Below, piece by piece: positions 49,925 through 61,322 of a stretch of DNA of 64,000 bases. The notes under the pieces were generated by a model. The model made no database searches. It was given only the letters and a program-made list of their open reading frames with translations, and was not told where the DNA came from. The position numbers and the translations under genes are program-made. The DNA is taken from assembly GCA_046563655.1 (NCBI GenBank), contig CM102283.1, positions 8,618,001 to 8,682,000 on the forward strand. The letters are read 5' to 3'. Source of the stretch: Yuukianura sp. NJ FZ-2021 (Eukaryota). The stretch's first letter is position 1. Every line of letters starts with the position of its first letter.

Positions 49925-52181
49925 CTACAGAACAACAAATCGTGCAACGATTGCTGTAAACATTGTGACCATGGCGGATGACAAGCTGCTCCGAATAGCA
50001 ACATCACCAGACCACTGTGGATTGTAAACCTGTTCAACCATTGCTTTCAATTTGTCACAATGTGACCGATCAGCAGAGTTGTAGCTGACTTGATCACAAA
50101 TAATTTCATTAACGCAGTTAATGTCTGGACAAGGCGCACCGTTGTCGTCGTTGTTGCTCTTCCGGTAAATGTTTCGGTACTCTTCAAACAGCGTTTTGTC
50201 CTCGATCATGCGCAGTGTGAGGTTGTAGTAGTCGGCAGGTCGGTGGGCAGTGAGGTTGAACTTTTGTGATGCCGAGTACTCCAAGAACCAATCAGGTCGG
50301 TTGCCATCCATGTGTGATGCGGTGATGTTCAACATCCAAGTTTCATGGTCGATGAGTTCCCAGGTTGATTCTTCGCCACGCTTTCCGTCAACGTAGTATA
50401 CTTTGTATCCTATAAAAATCAAAATTTTAGATTTTTTTTTCAAAATTTCCAAACACTTTGTCACCAAATCACGACTTACCAATACCAGCTCCCTTGTCAG
50501 GTACGGCAGACGGACCGCAAAATCCAACTGAAACTGGTCGTTCGGCTTCTAAAATTTCAAAATTAAACTAAAAAAAAACTTAAATAAAATGAAAAGAGCA
50601 TCTAGTTTCGACATTCCAGCTTACGTGTAATGTCGCTGTCCATAGTGACAACATGGAATTCGTTGTGCACATGACCATACACTTGAAACGTGATGATATG
50701 AGCATATCTGTCGATAATTCTGTACATTTGATGACTGTAGTGTGGCCAACAGGCTCCACTTCCCGGCGGAATGTGCATCACCAGCAGTACTTTCTCATTG
50801 GCTGCTTCAGCCTCTGCCATTGTCTTGCTAAACCAATCCAGTTGTCCAAATGGATCCCGGGCTTCATATGGTAACCAGAAGTTCTGGATGTAGCAAATGT
50901 TGGAATTGAGAATGACAAAACGGAGTCCAGGTTCGGGAGAGACAGTGTAGAATCCACCACGGTTGAAGCGATACAACTCTTCGTCAGAACCAAAGTACTG
51001 CTGAAACGGATCGCTCATGGCCATGTACATCCAAGTCAGGGAAAACTCTTCTTCAGTGACTGAAGGTGGTGGGTACATGTTGACAGTCGGAGTTTCATGG
51101 TTGCCAGTGACGACGATAACTGGAATTCCTGGAAAGTGGGTGGCCAGAGTCTGCGTGACGGTGGAAATGACTCGTTCGTTTTCTTGTCGATTGTACAGCC
51201 ACACTCCAGAGTGGATGTAGTCTCCAGTGAGCAGAATGTATCTCACGTCCTGAAATTTCGCAACCGTTTAGCATTACTAATATGTTATATAAAACATGTG
51301 ATATAAAACGTGACATTCACAGAGCGCGAAATTCAAATTTGAAATTACACGATGCATGCCCTTTGCATGTTCAAACATCTCGACCAATCCGTCATATGGT
51401 AGGCCACATCGTCCATGCCCATACTTGCCAGCGGGTTCAACTCCTTCCGGCGCAGGTCCATTCATGTCACGACAACAAATTGGATACACGCATTCCGTAC
51501 TCGTTCCAACTTTGTAGTCCAAGTCAACATGTAGATCCGTAAAGTGAAGAATTTTACTTCCTTCCCTTCTTCCAACATTGGCCTAAAATTCGAAAAAGTA
51601 CTTGAAATTTTTGACATTTTTTAATTTCATTCACTATTTTATGTAAGTTTTGAAATTCTTACCGGAAGCGGAGGTGGTTCGACATACTCCGGCTTTCCTT
51701 CGGCTACATTCGTTGACCAGCTGTAGTACTCTGGATCGATTGTTCCACAATCTTCGTTGATGAATCCACAAAAGTCGTCGTTGGACATTTCTGGATCATT
51801 GAGGATCATGTAGGCAATGGGTGTGACGTAGCCTTGAATAGTTGCATAACAAATGTCGTCCGATGGAGCCAAATTTAAAATCATACATACTCTGGCAATG
51901 GCTCTGGTAAGTTCTTCTTCAGCCTCTGGTCCACCATTTTCTAACATTGGTCTAGCAAGCGTAAGCGCTGGATGGCAGACACTACATGTCAAGTATTCAG
52001 CTCTTGTTGATGGTCCGTCCACGGCTAGTGCATACGCCCAGTCCTTGATTTCGTCACGGTATGGACGGATCTTCTCGATAAATTCGTCCGTTAATTGGTC
52101 AATTTCCTCCCGACTTAACTTCCCCTGGCAAGAGACTACTATGCACAGTAATAGCCATGCGCAAAAGAACCTTGCCGCCAT
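49925..52181 (-). CDS. Acid sphingomyelinase-like phosphodiesterase (saposin B + metallophosphoesterase), copy A, 5 exons
   Basis: Signal peptide; saposin cysteines (CSVC...C...C...C...C); HFTDLHVD, ICCR, LLTGD, GNHE, MHIPP, YGHVH; hydrophobic C-terminus. Exons ~52181-51663, 51582-51349, 51249-50625, 50548-50480, 50409-49925. Confidence 0.9.
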
Positions 52182-52565
52182 TTTTAGAAACTTTAAAAAA
52201 ATTCAAATTTCAGCGCCCTAGGTTCTTGGACGGTGAGTACTGCGTAACTACGGAAGTCCACTTTCTACATTCCTCATGATACTGCGAAACTAATCTGGAT
52301 ATAATTAATCAGCGCTTTTCTGATAAACTCATCAGAAAATCGCTGATTACTTGAAATGTTTTGCAATTTTTTGGAGCGTGAAGACCTTGACTTTAGAAAA
52401 CAATGAAATACATTTTTATTTAAGCTGACAGGATTAGAATTTTTTTCATTTTTTTTTATAAACGTTATAATCTAGCCTCTAAAGATAAAGTGCCGGCTTC
52501 TGCAACACTTTTTTTCAAAAAGTGTTTTAAAATTGAGGTAAATGTTTTGAATTTTTTTAGAGTCA

Positions 52566-54844
52566 CTACTGAACAACTAATCGTGTAACGAAAACTGTAA
52601 ACATTGTGATCATGGCGGAAGACAAGCTGCTCCGAATGGCGATATCACCAGACTGCGGATTGTAAACCTCTTCAACCATTGCATTCAATTTGTCACACTG
52701 TGATTGATCGGCAGAGTTGTAGCTGACTTGAAAACAAATAAGTTCCTTAACGCAGTTAATGTCTGGACAAGGGGCGCCGTAGTCGTCGTTGTTGCTCTTC
52801 CGGTGAATATTTCGGTACTCTTCAAACAACTCCTTGTCTTCGATCATGCGCAGTGTGAGGTTGTAGTAGTCGGCTGGTCGGTGGGCAGTGAGGTTGAACT
52901 TTTGTGATGCCGAGTACTCCAAGAACCAATCAGGCCGATTGCCATCCATGTGTGATGCGGTGTTGTTCAACATCCAAGTTTCGTGGTCGATGAGTTCCCA
53001 GGTCGATTCTTCGCCACGCTTTCCGTCGACATAGTATACTTTGTATCCTAGAAAAAATCAAAATTTTAGATATTTTTTTCAAAATTTCAACGCATTTGTC
53101 ACCAACTCGCGACTTACCAATACCGGCTCCCTCAGGTACGGCCGAGGGCCCAGAAAATCCAACAGAAACTGGTCGTTCGGGTTCTAAAATTTCAAAATAA
53201 AAATCAAAAAGTTAAATTGAATTAAAAAAAGAGAATCAATTTTCGACATTCCAACTTACGAGTAGTGTCGCTGTCCAAAGTGACAATATGGAATTCATTG
53301 TGCATGTGACCATACACTTGAAACGTGATGATGTGAGCATATCTGTCGATAATTCTGTACATTTGATGACTGTAGTGTGGCCAACAGGCTGGACTTCCAG
53401 GAGCAATGTGCATCGTCAACAGCACTTTCTCATTGGCTGCTTCTGCCGCTGCCATTGTCTTGCTAAACCAATCCAGCTGATCAAATGGATCCCGGGCGTC
53501 GTATGGTAGCCAAAAGTTCTGGCTGTAGCAAATGTTTGAGTTGAGAACGACAAATCGTAGTCCAGGTTCTGGCGAGACGGAGTAGAATCCACCACGGTTG
53601 AACCGAAACAACTCTTCGTCGGAACCAAAGTACTGTTTAAACGGATCGCTCATGGCCCGGTACATCCAAGTCAGGGAAAATTCTGATCCAGTGACTGAAG
53701 GTGGTGGGTACATGTTGACAGGTGCTGCTTCATGGTTGCCAGTGACAACGATAACTGGAATTCCTGGAAAATGGTCGGCCAGAGCCTGTGTGACGCTGGA
53801 AATGACTCGTTCGTTTTCTTGTGGAGTGTACAGCCACATTCCATTGTGGATGTAGTCTCCAGTGAGCAGAATGTATCTCACATCCTGAAATTTCTCAACT
53901 GTTTAATCATGTGACATAATATGTGATATATAACATGTGGTTTGTGGTATAAAACATGTGACATTTGTAGAAAGCGGGAAATTGAAATTTGAAACTTACG
54001 CGATGCATGCCCTTTGCATGTTCAAACATCTCGACCAATCCGTCATATGGTAGGCCACAGCCAGTGTGTCCATACTTGCCAGCAGGTTCAACTCCTACCG
54101 GCGCAGGTCCATTCGTGTCACGACAACAAATTGGATACACGCATTCCGTACTCGTTCCAACTTTGTAGTCCAAGTCAACATGGATATCCGTAAAGTGAAG
54201 GATTGTAGCTGCTTCTTTCCTTCCTATATTGGCCTAAAATTCACAAAAAAAATACTTGAAATTTTTGAATTTTGAGAATTTAGTCTATTTTATGTAATTT
54301 TTGAAAATCTTACCGGAAGTGGAGGTGGTTCAACATACACCGGTTTTCCTCCAGCTACATCCGTTGACCAGCTGTAGTACTCTTCACCCATCGTTCCACA
54401 ACTTCCGTCGACGAATCCACAAAAGTCGTCATTGGACATTTCTGGATTATTGAGGAGCATGTACGCCATGGGTGTCACGAAGTTTTTGATAGTTGGATAA
54501 CACATGTCGTCCGCTGGAGCCAAATTTAACATTGTACATACTCGGGTAATAGCTGTAGTCAGTTCTTCTTCGGCCTCTGGATTACCACTTTCCAACATTG
54601 CTCTACCAAGGTTTAGTGCTAGATGACAAAGGTTGCATGTCGGTGTCAAGGATACAGCTCTAGTTGTACTTGCTGGCCTGTCAAAGGCTAGTGAATACGC
54701 CCAGTTCTTGATTTCTTCACGGTATGGACGGATCTTCTCGGTAAATTCATCCGTTAATTGGTCAATTTCCTGACGACTTAACTTCCCCTGGCAAGAGACT
54801 ACTATGCACAGCAGTAGCCATGCGTAAGAAAACCTTGCCGCCAT
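52566..54844 (-). CDS. Acid sphingomyelinase-like phosphodiesterase, copy B (tandem paralog)
   Basis: Same 5-exon structure and high identity to copy A (HFTDIHVD, LLTGD, GNHE, MHIAP, YGHMH), with a hydrophobic C-tail. Confidence 0.9.
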
Positions 54845-55286
54845 TTTTAAAAACTTTTAAAAAATTCAAATTTCAGCGCCTTATAGCTTCTCGAACGGTG
54901 ACTACGGTGTAATTACGCAAGCCAACATGCTGCAGTGCTCCTGATACGTGAGTAATCTGAGATAATTAATCGCGGTTTGAAGTAATCAGCGATTTCCTGA
55001 TGAGTTTATTAGGAAATCGCTGAATACTTGAACAAAAAATTTCTTTGTGAAGAGTGAACCCCTTGAAAACATAATCTTTGAAAACAATTAAATACACTTT
55101 TATTGAAGCTGATCGAGTTAGAGTTTTTTTTTCATAGTTTTTCATAAACGTTGTAATAGGTACTAACCACTAAAAAGATAAAGTTGACAGGGATAAGTGC
55201 AAAGGTTAAAGTCAATTAAATTTTGTTTTTACCAAACGTTACGATTACCATATGACATGGTCCATTTCCTCAAAGGTTGCCAGTAC

Positions 55287-58200
55287 TCATGACACAGCTG
55301 AACCTGGTTGTGTCGTTTTATCTTTCTGCCATTTAAGTTGATGTACTGCCGGTATTTTTCCACCAACCTTGTTTTCACCAATACTTCCTCCAGGATGGTA
55401 GTGGATGCAACTGGAGTCAACGCAATTGACTCCATATCGACACGGTTTCGGATGATAGAAGACGCAATCCACTGTACTGCATTTGGGAAAGAAGTGACAC
55501 AACTTCTTGTTCGGAGCCGCTGGGGCATAGTGAGATACCGGTGGTTTGTAAGTCGTCTGGCCATAGGTGTCCGGTCCGTCATGTTTGTATGGACAACTTG
55601 GTCTTTTTGCGCAACCGCTGCCAAACTTACATTTTGGATGAGTAAACTTGCAGTTGTCGCCGAATGAACATGTTGGCCAGAACTTGCACAGGGTTGACGG
55701 AGCCACAGGAGCGGTGTGTTCTGGCAGCATTCCTGGGAGACTATCGTAGAAGTACGGTGTAGTAAAATAGGATGGTACAATTGACCGGATCGGATAGGCG
55801 GGTGCTGGAGGAGGGGGAGGACGAATTGGCTGGACTTGGAGTGGCTGATACGACGCTGTATTCGTCCTTGTAATCGCTGCAAGTTTTGCCCTAAGGTCCG
55901 TCAATCTGTCTGGTTTTTCTTCAACGGTTCTGCAAAAAGCAAAGGTTGAACTTAAAATTCTCAAAATTTTGAAAAATTGGAACTCACTTTTTCTCTTCCT
56001 CTTTTTCTTCATTGTTAGCCTCAGCTTCCTCATTGTGCTGCTGCTGCGGTGGCAGGAGGTCGTCAATATCATTGTCCTGGTTTACAGTAACTTCCAGCTC
56101 AGCTTCACTTTCGCTTTGTTCCACCACAACTTTCCGTTCATTTTCTTCATCAGAATCCGATTCGTCGCTGGAATTCATTACTTGAATTGAAATCCGGTTT
56201 GGAGCGACATAACCCTTGCCTGTCTTCCAATTGGCCGATTTAGTTGGAACAGAAGATATGTCGCTTGTTTCCTCGGCCAATTTCGGTGAAGCTTCGATTC
56301 TCTTCGCTGAAATCACAATCAAAAGGTCAATCGTAGCACAAATTAGAAATTAAAGTGTTTACCTTTGTCATCTTTTGGATTACTGAGGTTTCCAACGCCA
56401 AGGTTGGGCACATTGATAATAATGTTGAGGTCATTTTCAATGTCACGCAGTTCATTCAAGTAAGCTTCGTCCATTAAGTCCTCGTCCACGTCTAGTTTAG
56501 AATCACGTCTACCGTGATGCCTCTCCTGCGAAACTTGCTTTTCACCCAGCCGATCCTTCATACTCATTCGACCTCTTTTGGTAAAAAGTTGAAGCGGAGA
56601 TTTTGATCTTGATCGTGACCTGGACTTGTTACGCTTGACAGCATTCCGCTCTCGTTCTCTGTCACGTGACGAGTCTCTCCTGACACGGCTCCTGTAACTT
56701 CCGTCACGGTCACGGTCTCTTCCAGAATGATCTCGAGATCGTCTACGGTCACGGTCACGACTTCTACTTCGGTTGGAACGAGGAGACCGCGCTATTCTCC
56801 AACTTTTACTGCGATTACGATCGATTTCCCAGTCGTAATCCCGGCTTTTCCGCCTTCCAGCTCCGCCATCGTCACTTGATTTTGTAGGTCGCTTGATGTT
56901 GTCAATTTCAACTTCCTTCATGGCCTTCATTATTAACTTGGAATTCATGCTGGTGGTGTCTCGTTTCGGCCGTTTATCATCCGTGACACAGACGACGCTG
57001 GACAGTTTGTGGATTCTGGGTTTCTCTGGATCGTACTCTTCTGATGAAGGTTTGCTAACGGCAGAAACGACTGAACGAAGTTTCTTTGGTGGGGGATCCT
57101 GTTCAACGGGTTTTGATGTATCGGATTTTGAATGTGAAGAATGAGAAGTGGAGTCCTTATCCTTGCTTTCCGCTTCATCACTTTGGCGTTTCCGTTTGTT
57201 ACTGTTTTCTTTTTCAAAATTCAATACCATTCCACGGAGAGCCGTTACGTTACCGGAACCAAGTTTTCTTCTTGATGACTTCCCGTCTTGTGCTATTTTG
57301 TGAAGTCCTTCCACATCGGACTCTTCAACGGCCGCGGTGGCTTCCATTTCTGGAGCAAGATTTGCTGAAGCATCTTCTACATCTTCACCGAATAAATCGT
57401 CACCGTCGTCTTCTCCAAGGTTGAGTATGTCCTTGTCTTCTTTCTCTTGTGCGGAGTCGTTGTGTCCACCCTCATCTTGGTGACCAGTCGGAGTATCCTT
57501 GGACTCTGACACCTCTGTTCCACTGAAAAACGCAATCAGAACGTTATTTTGACGTAAAATGGAACATTTGAGTTGGAGAAGAAAAACTTACGTTTTGTCG
57601 GATTTTCGTCCAGCAGCTTCGGCCTGTTTGCGATCAAACTCCGTTTTGTTGACAAGATTATTTTTGAGTTTGAACTGTACTTTTCCATCGCTAACTTTTT
57701 CGGATGATTTGCTTGATGATGAGGTACTCCCGGACTTGCTAAGTTTCTTGTCCTTTTCACTGTGATCATCCTTCTTCTGGTGTTTGTCTGAAGTTGGTGC
57801 AGATTTTGCCGATGTTGAAGTCTTGGATGAAGAACTCTTGGACGTTTTCCCCGGACTTTTCGACGTTTTTGATTCCTCGCTCTTTCCAGATGAACCTTTC
57901 ACACTATCCTTGTCTTTTCCCGACGATTTTGAAGATGTATCAGAAACTTTTGTATGTTTGTCCTTATCGTGACTGCTTTTGCTTTCTTTTGCCTTGCTCG
58001 TCTGGGCTGCACTTGATGTCTCTGCTGCTGGTTTCTCTTTGCTTAGTACTGCAATTGAGTCGGCCAGGGTCACCTGCTCCAATTTCTTTAGTACATGAAA
58101 CAACCAGGTTGTAAATTTCTGTGTGTTTTCCGATAAGAACAACTCCAAGTCACTCTCCATTTGGGGTTTCGAACGTCGATTGGCAACGAGTACCATTATA

Positions 58201-58431
58201 TAATCTGGCAGTTCATCATCTATAGAATTCAAACATGTTAAGCAATCCATGTAAGACATGAGGACTTCTTGTTTGCATTGAAACTTACCAACATGCACTC
58301 CTAATTCCAAGAGTTTGGCCTTAATTGCAGACTAGAACAAAACAATGATAAAATTCAGACTTCAGTTCAACAGTACTGCCGAGATAGAGTGACCAACTCA
58401 CCCTGACTTTTAAGCTGACTTCAATCTCCAT
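55287..58431 (-). CDS. ZC3H14: Zinc finger CCCH protein 14 / Nab2 ortholog (poly(A)-binding)
   Basis: N-terminal PWI-like region SAIKAKLLELG..DDELPDYIMVLVANRRSKPQMESDLELFL...FTTWL; EYDPEKP motif; RS/RD-rich middle; C-terminal tandem CCCH fingers followed by QLKW. Confidence 0.88.
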
Positions 58432-59206
58432 GTTTGCCTCTGCCGAGACTGGCCAAATTCCTGGTACAATTAATTAGTAAAGTAACTAAGGAAACTAGGA
58501 AACGAAGTGTTCCGATTCAATCTAATCTTCCAATGAATTCCAGCAGTATTCCACGTTTCTTAGGCTTCTGGGATACGCTTATGTCAAATCTCCAGTAATC
58601 AGCAATGTAACACCGGTGGTTCGAGGTTCTAGGACGTATTGTAGTATCAATTAATTGAATACTTAATAACAAATTAAGAAATCAACTAAATTAAAACCAA
58701 TTTCAAAGATAAAGACAAGGACAACATGCAGAAAGAATAGGCGGGCAGGAAGCCAGATGCAAAATTACACACAAACAAATAGAGCCAGCAAAAAAAAACC
58801 CTAGAACTTTCGTCATCTCCACTTTTTTTTGAATTTCAAGATTCCCGCCATCCATTTATAACTTCTCAAGAATAGCGTCGTCGCCTCACTAACGTCGTTT
58901 TTCAAAAAAATTTCGCATGAATTTTCAAAATTACTAAAAGTACTAATTAATTAACTATCCCAATTAACATTAAATAACATGTTTGTTGGGTGAATGAAAA
59001 GGAAGGAGGGGATCACGTTTTGGTGGGTTTCATGGGGGCGTTCATGTGAAATTCAAAATCGAACCACTTGAAGTTGAGAAACAAAGTTTTTTTTATTTCA
59101 AATCGAACTTTGGAAATTTTATGATGAATTTTATTTTTGTTAAGTTTAAAAATATGACCGACTTCGTCAAGTATATGACAACTTTAGTCTGGATCGACTA
59201 AAGTTG

Positions 59207-61322
59207 TCATGTCGTTGGCTTCTGCACATCCTTCAAGTAGTCATCTTCTGGTAAAAGTAAGTCAAGCCTGTAATGGATCATCTTTCCCCTCAGTTTGCTA
59301 TAACTGTTGTCAAAGATCACGAAATCTGGAAACACAAAAATCATAAATAAAGATTTCAAAAAGAAGTGCAGGAGAAAGCAATAACCCAAATTCCAAAAAT
59401 AACTACGTGATCATAGACCACAAAATCCCAAAATATGGAACTCTAAACATAAATATTCCAAAACCTTGGAAAAAGTTGACTCACAGTCTCCCGTTTTTTG
59501 GCAAATGACATTTCCAGTTTCTTCATTCAAATGGGAGTTGCATCTTCTAGGTGCCACCACTTCCTCAGTTCGGTTTAAATTGATGGAGAACCCGATGTCA
59601 TAACTCTCCGTCTCAAATGTCCATCTAACAACATCCCAAGAACAGGAAATTAGTCACTGTCAGACGGAATCCGAGTTTTAGGGGAGTCCCAATAAAATTA
59701 CACAATTCTGGATTCGGGTTGTGTCACAGTCAGAGCCAGTTCAAATTGTTTTCCAGCTCCAACTTCAATTGTGATGTAATTCACACTGAGTTTCTCGGTG
59801 AGAGATCTATCACGATACGGTAAAGCTCCAACTGAAATCTGAAAAAAATGGCGGGAAAAATGATGTCGTTCAAATCTTAGTGCTCAATTTCTTATTAAGG
59901 AGATGAAATTTTGTGGTAAGTAATCAGAAAAGATCGGTGCTTAAGATTTACGATTCATAAATCTTAAGGACCAATCAATTTTTGAAATTACCCGCCGTCC
60001 AGATCTCACTCCACCGTATTCTGGTGGTAAAATATTTCGCGGGATGTTTTGAATGAGCACGGGTTGCCATTTGTCTGGAGTAGTGAAAATATTCACTTTT
60101 CCTAAAGTTCGTGCAGACAAAATCGGTTTGACCATGGAAAACAACATGTTGAAAATCCGCGAAGCGTTGACGATGTAGACTTTATACAGTATTTCAGGAT
60201 AGTTAGCCTTTTCAAATAATTTAAAATAATAATAACAATAAAAATAAATAATAAAAATAGTTCAAAAGTTAAAGAAAGTTATTCAGCATTTTTACCTCAA
60301 ACAAGTTCACAACCTGCATTATTACGTTCACGGCTAAAACATGAAATGGACGAATCAAAAAATTCAGCGTCAAAATTTTCTTAGTTTGTTGTTTCATTTC
60401 GAAATTTTGAAAACTCACTGCTTAAGGAGGCCAATTGTCGGAAAGAAAAATTTGCAGTGTCAATGATGAACTTAAACTGGGTCACTTCTTTGCCAATTGT
60501 TTTGGAAATTTCCTTAAGTCTTTCTAAAATTTCTTGAAAAACTTTTGTAACGTACTTCACAACAGTTTTTCCCTCTCCCGCCGTTACTACTTTACGGATA
60601 TCCCACTCTCCAAAAGGAATAACCAAAACTATAAAGTACAAAAATTAATTAATACAAATTAATTAAAACTTAATCAATTAATGAATCTAACTAACCTGGG
60701 TGACCCTCCTCATCTTCCCCAACAATGTCATAAGGGAATTCGTCCACAATGTGACTCGGTGGGTCCCATTCGGTCACTGTGTCCACTTCCATTTCCTTCC
60801 GCCAAACCAAATGCTTGCCCAGCATTTCATTGGCTTTAGACAAGTTTTGGTCACGTGCTCGTATCCAAGCAACACACTCCATGTCTGTGTATCCATCGAC
60901 CAATGGAACGCCAGCATTTAACTTCCGTAACTGAAATTAACAAATTATCAGCTCCAAGGTTTGTTCACTTTGATTTTCTCTAATAGGTTGAGTAATACCT
61001 CATGTTTTTTCGATGTTGCAAAAAAAAGTGTCTTTCATTTCTTGGTATCGAATACTGCCGAATTTTTTAAATTTTACATACGAATTGGTACCGTTTTTTC
61101 TTTTTTTGGATTGGTACCAAAATTGGTGCCATTTTTTTGTTTTTTTTTTGTCAACAAGCTAGGGAGTACTCAACCTGTTAAAGAGAATTCATTTTTTGTT
61201 GTCAAGAAACCTTGGTCAGCTCAGTTGTATCAAAGCTAAGATTGACTCAAATTGCATAATTTTCAAATTTTTGAAATTACCTCCTGTATTAGTTTCAGCT
61301 CTTGTGGTGTAGGAGCAGCCAT
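59207..61322 (-). CDS. SEC14-like lipid-transfer protein (CRAL-TRIO + GOLD)
   Basis: WIRARDQNLSKANEML..HLVWRK, GEDEEGHP, ANYPEILYKVYIVNASRIF, LPPEYGG; GOLD domain WTFETESYDIGFSI, VAPRRCNSH, FDNSYSKLRGK; ~9 exons. Confidence 0.9.
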
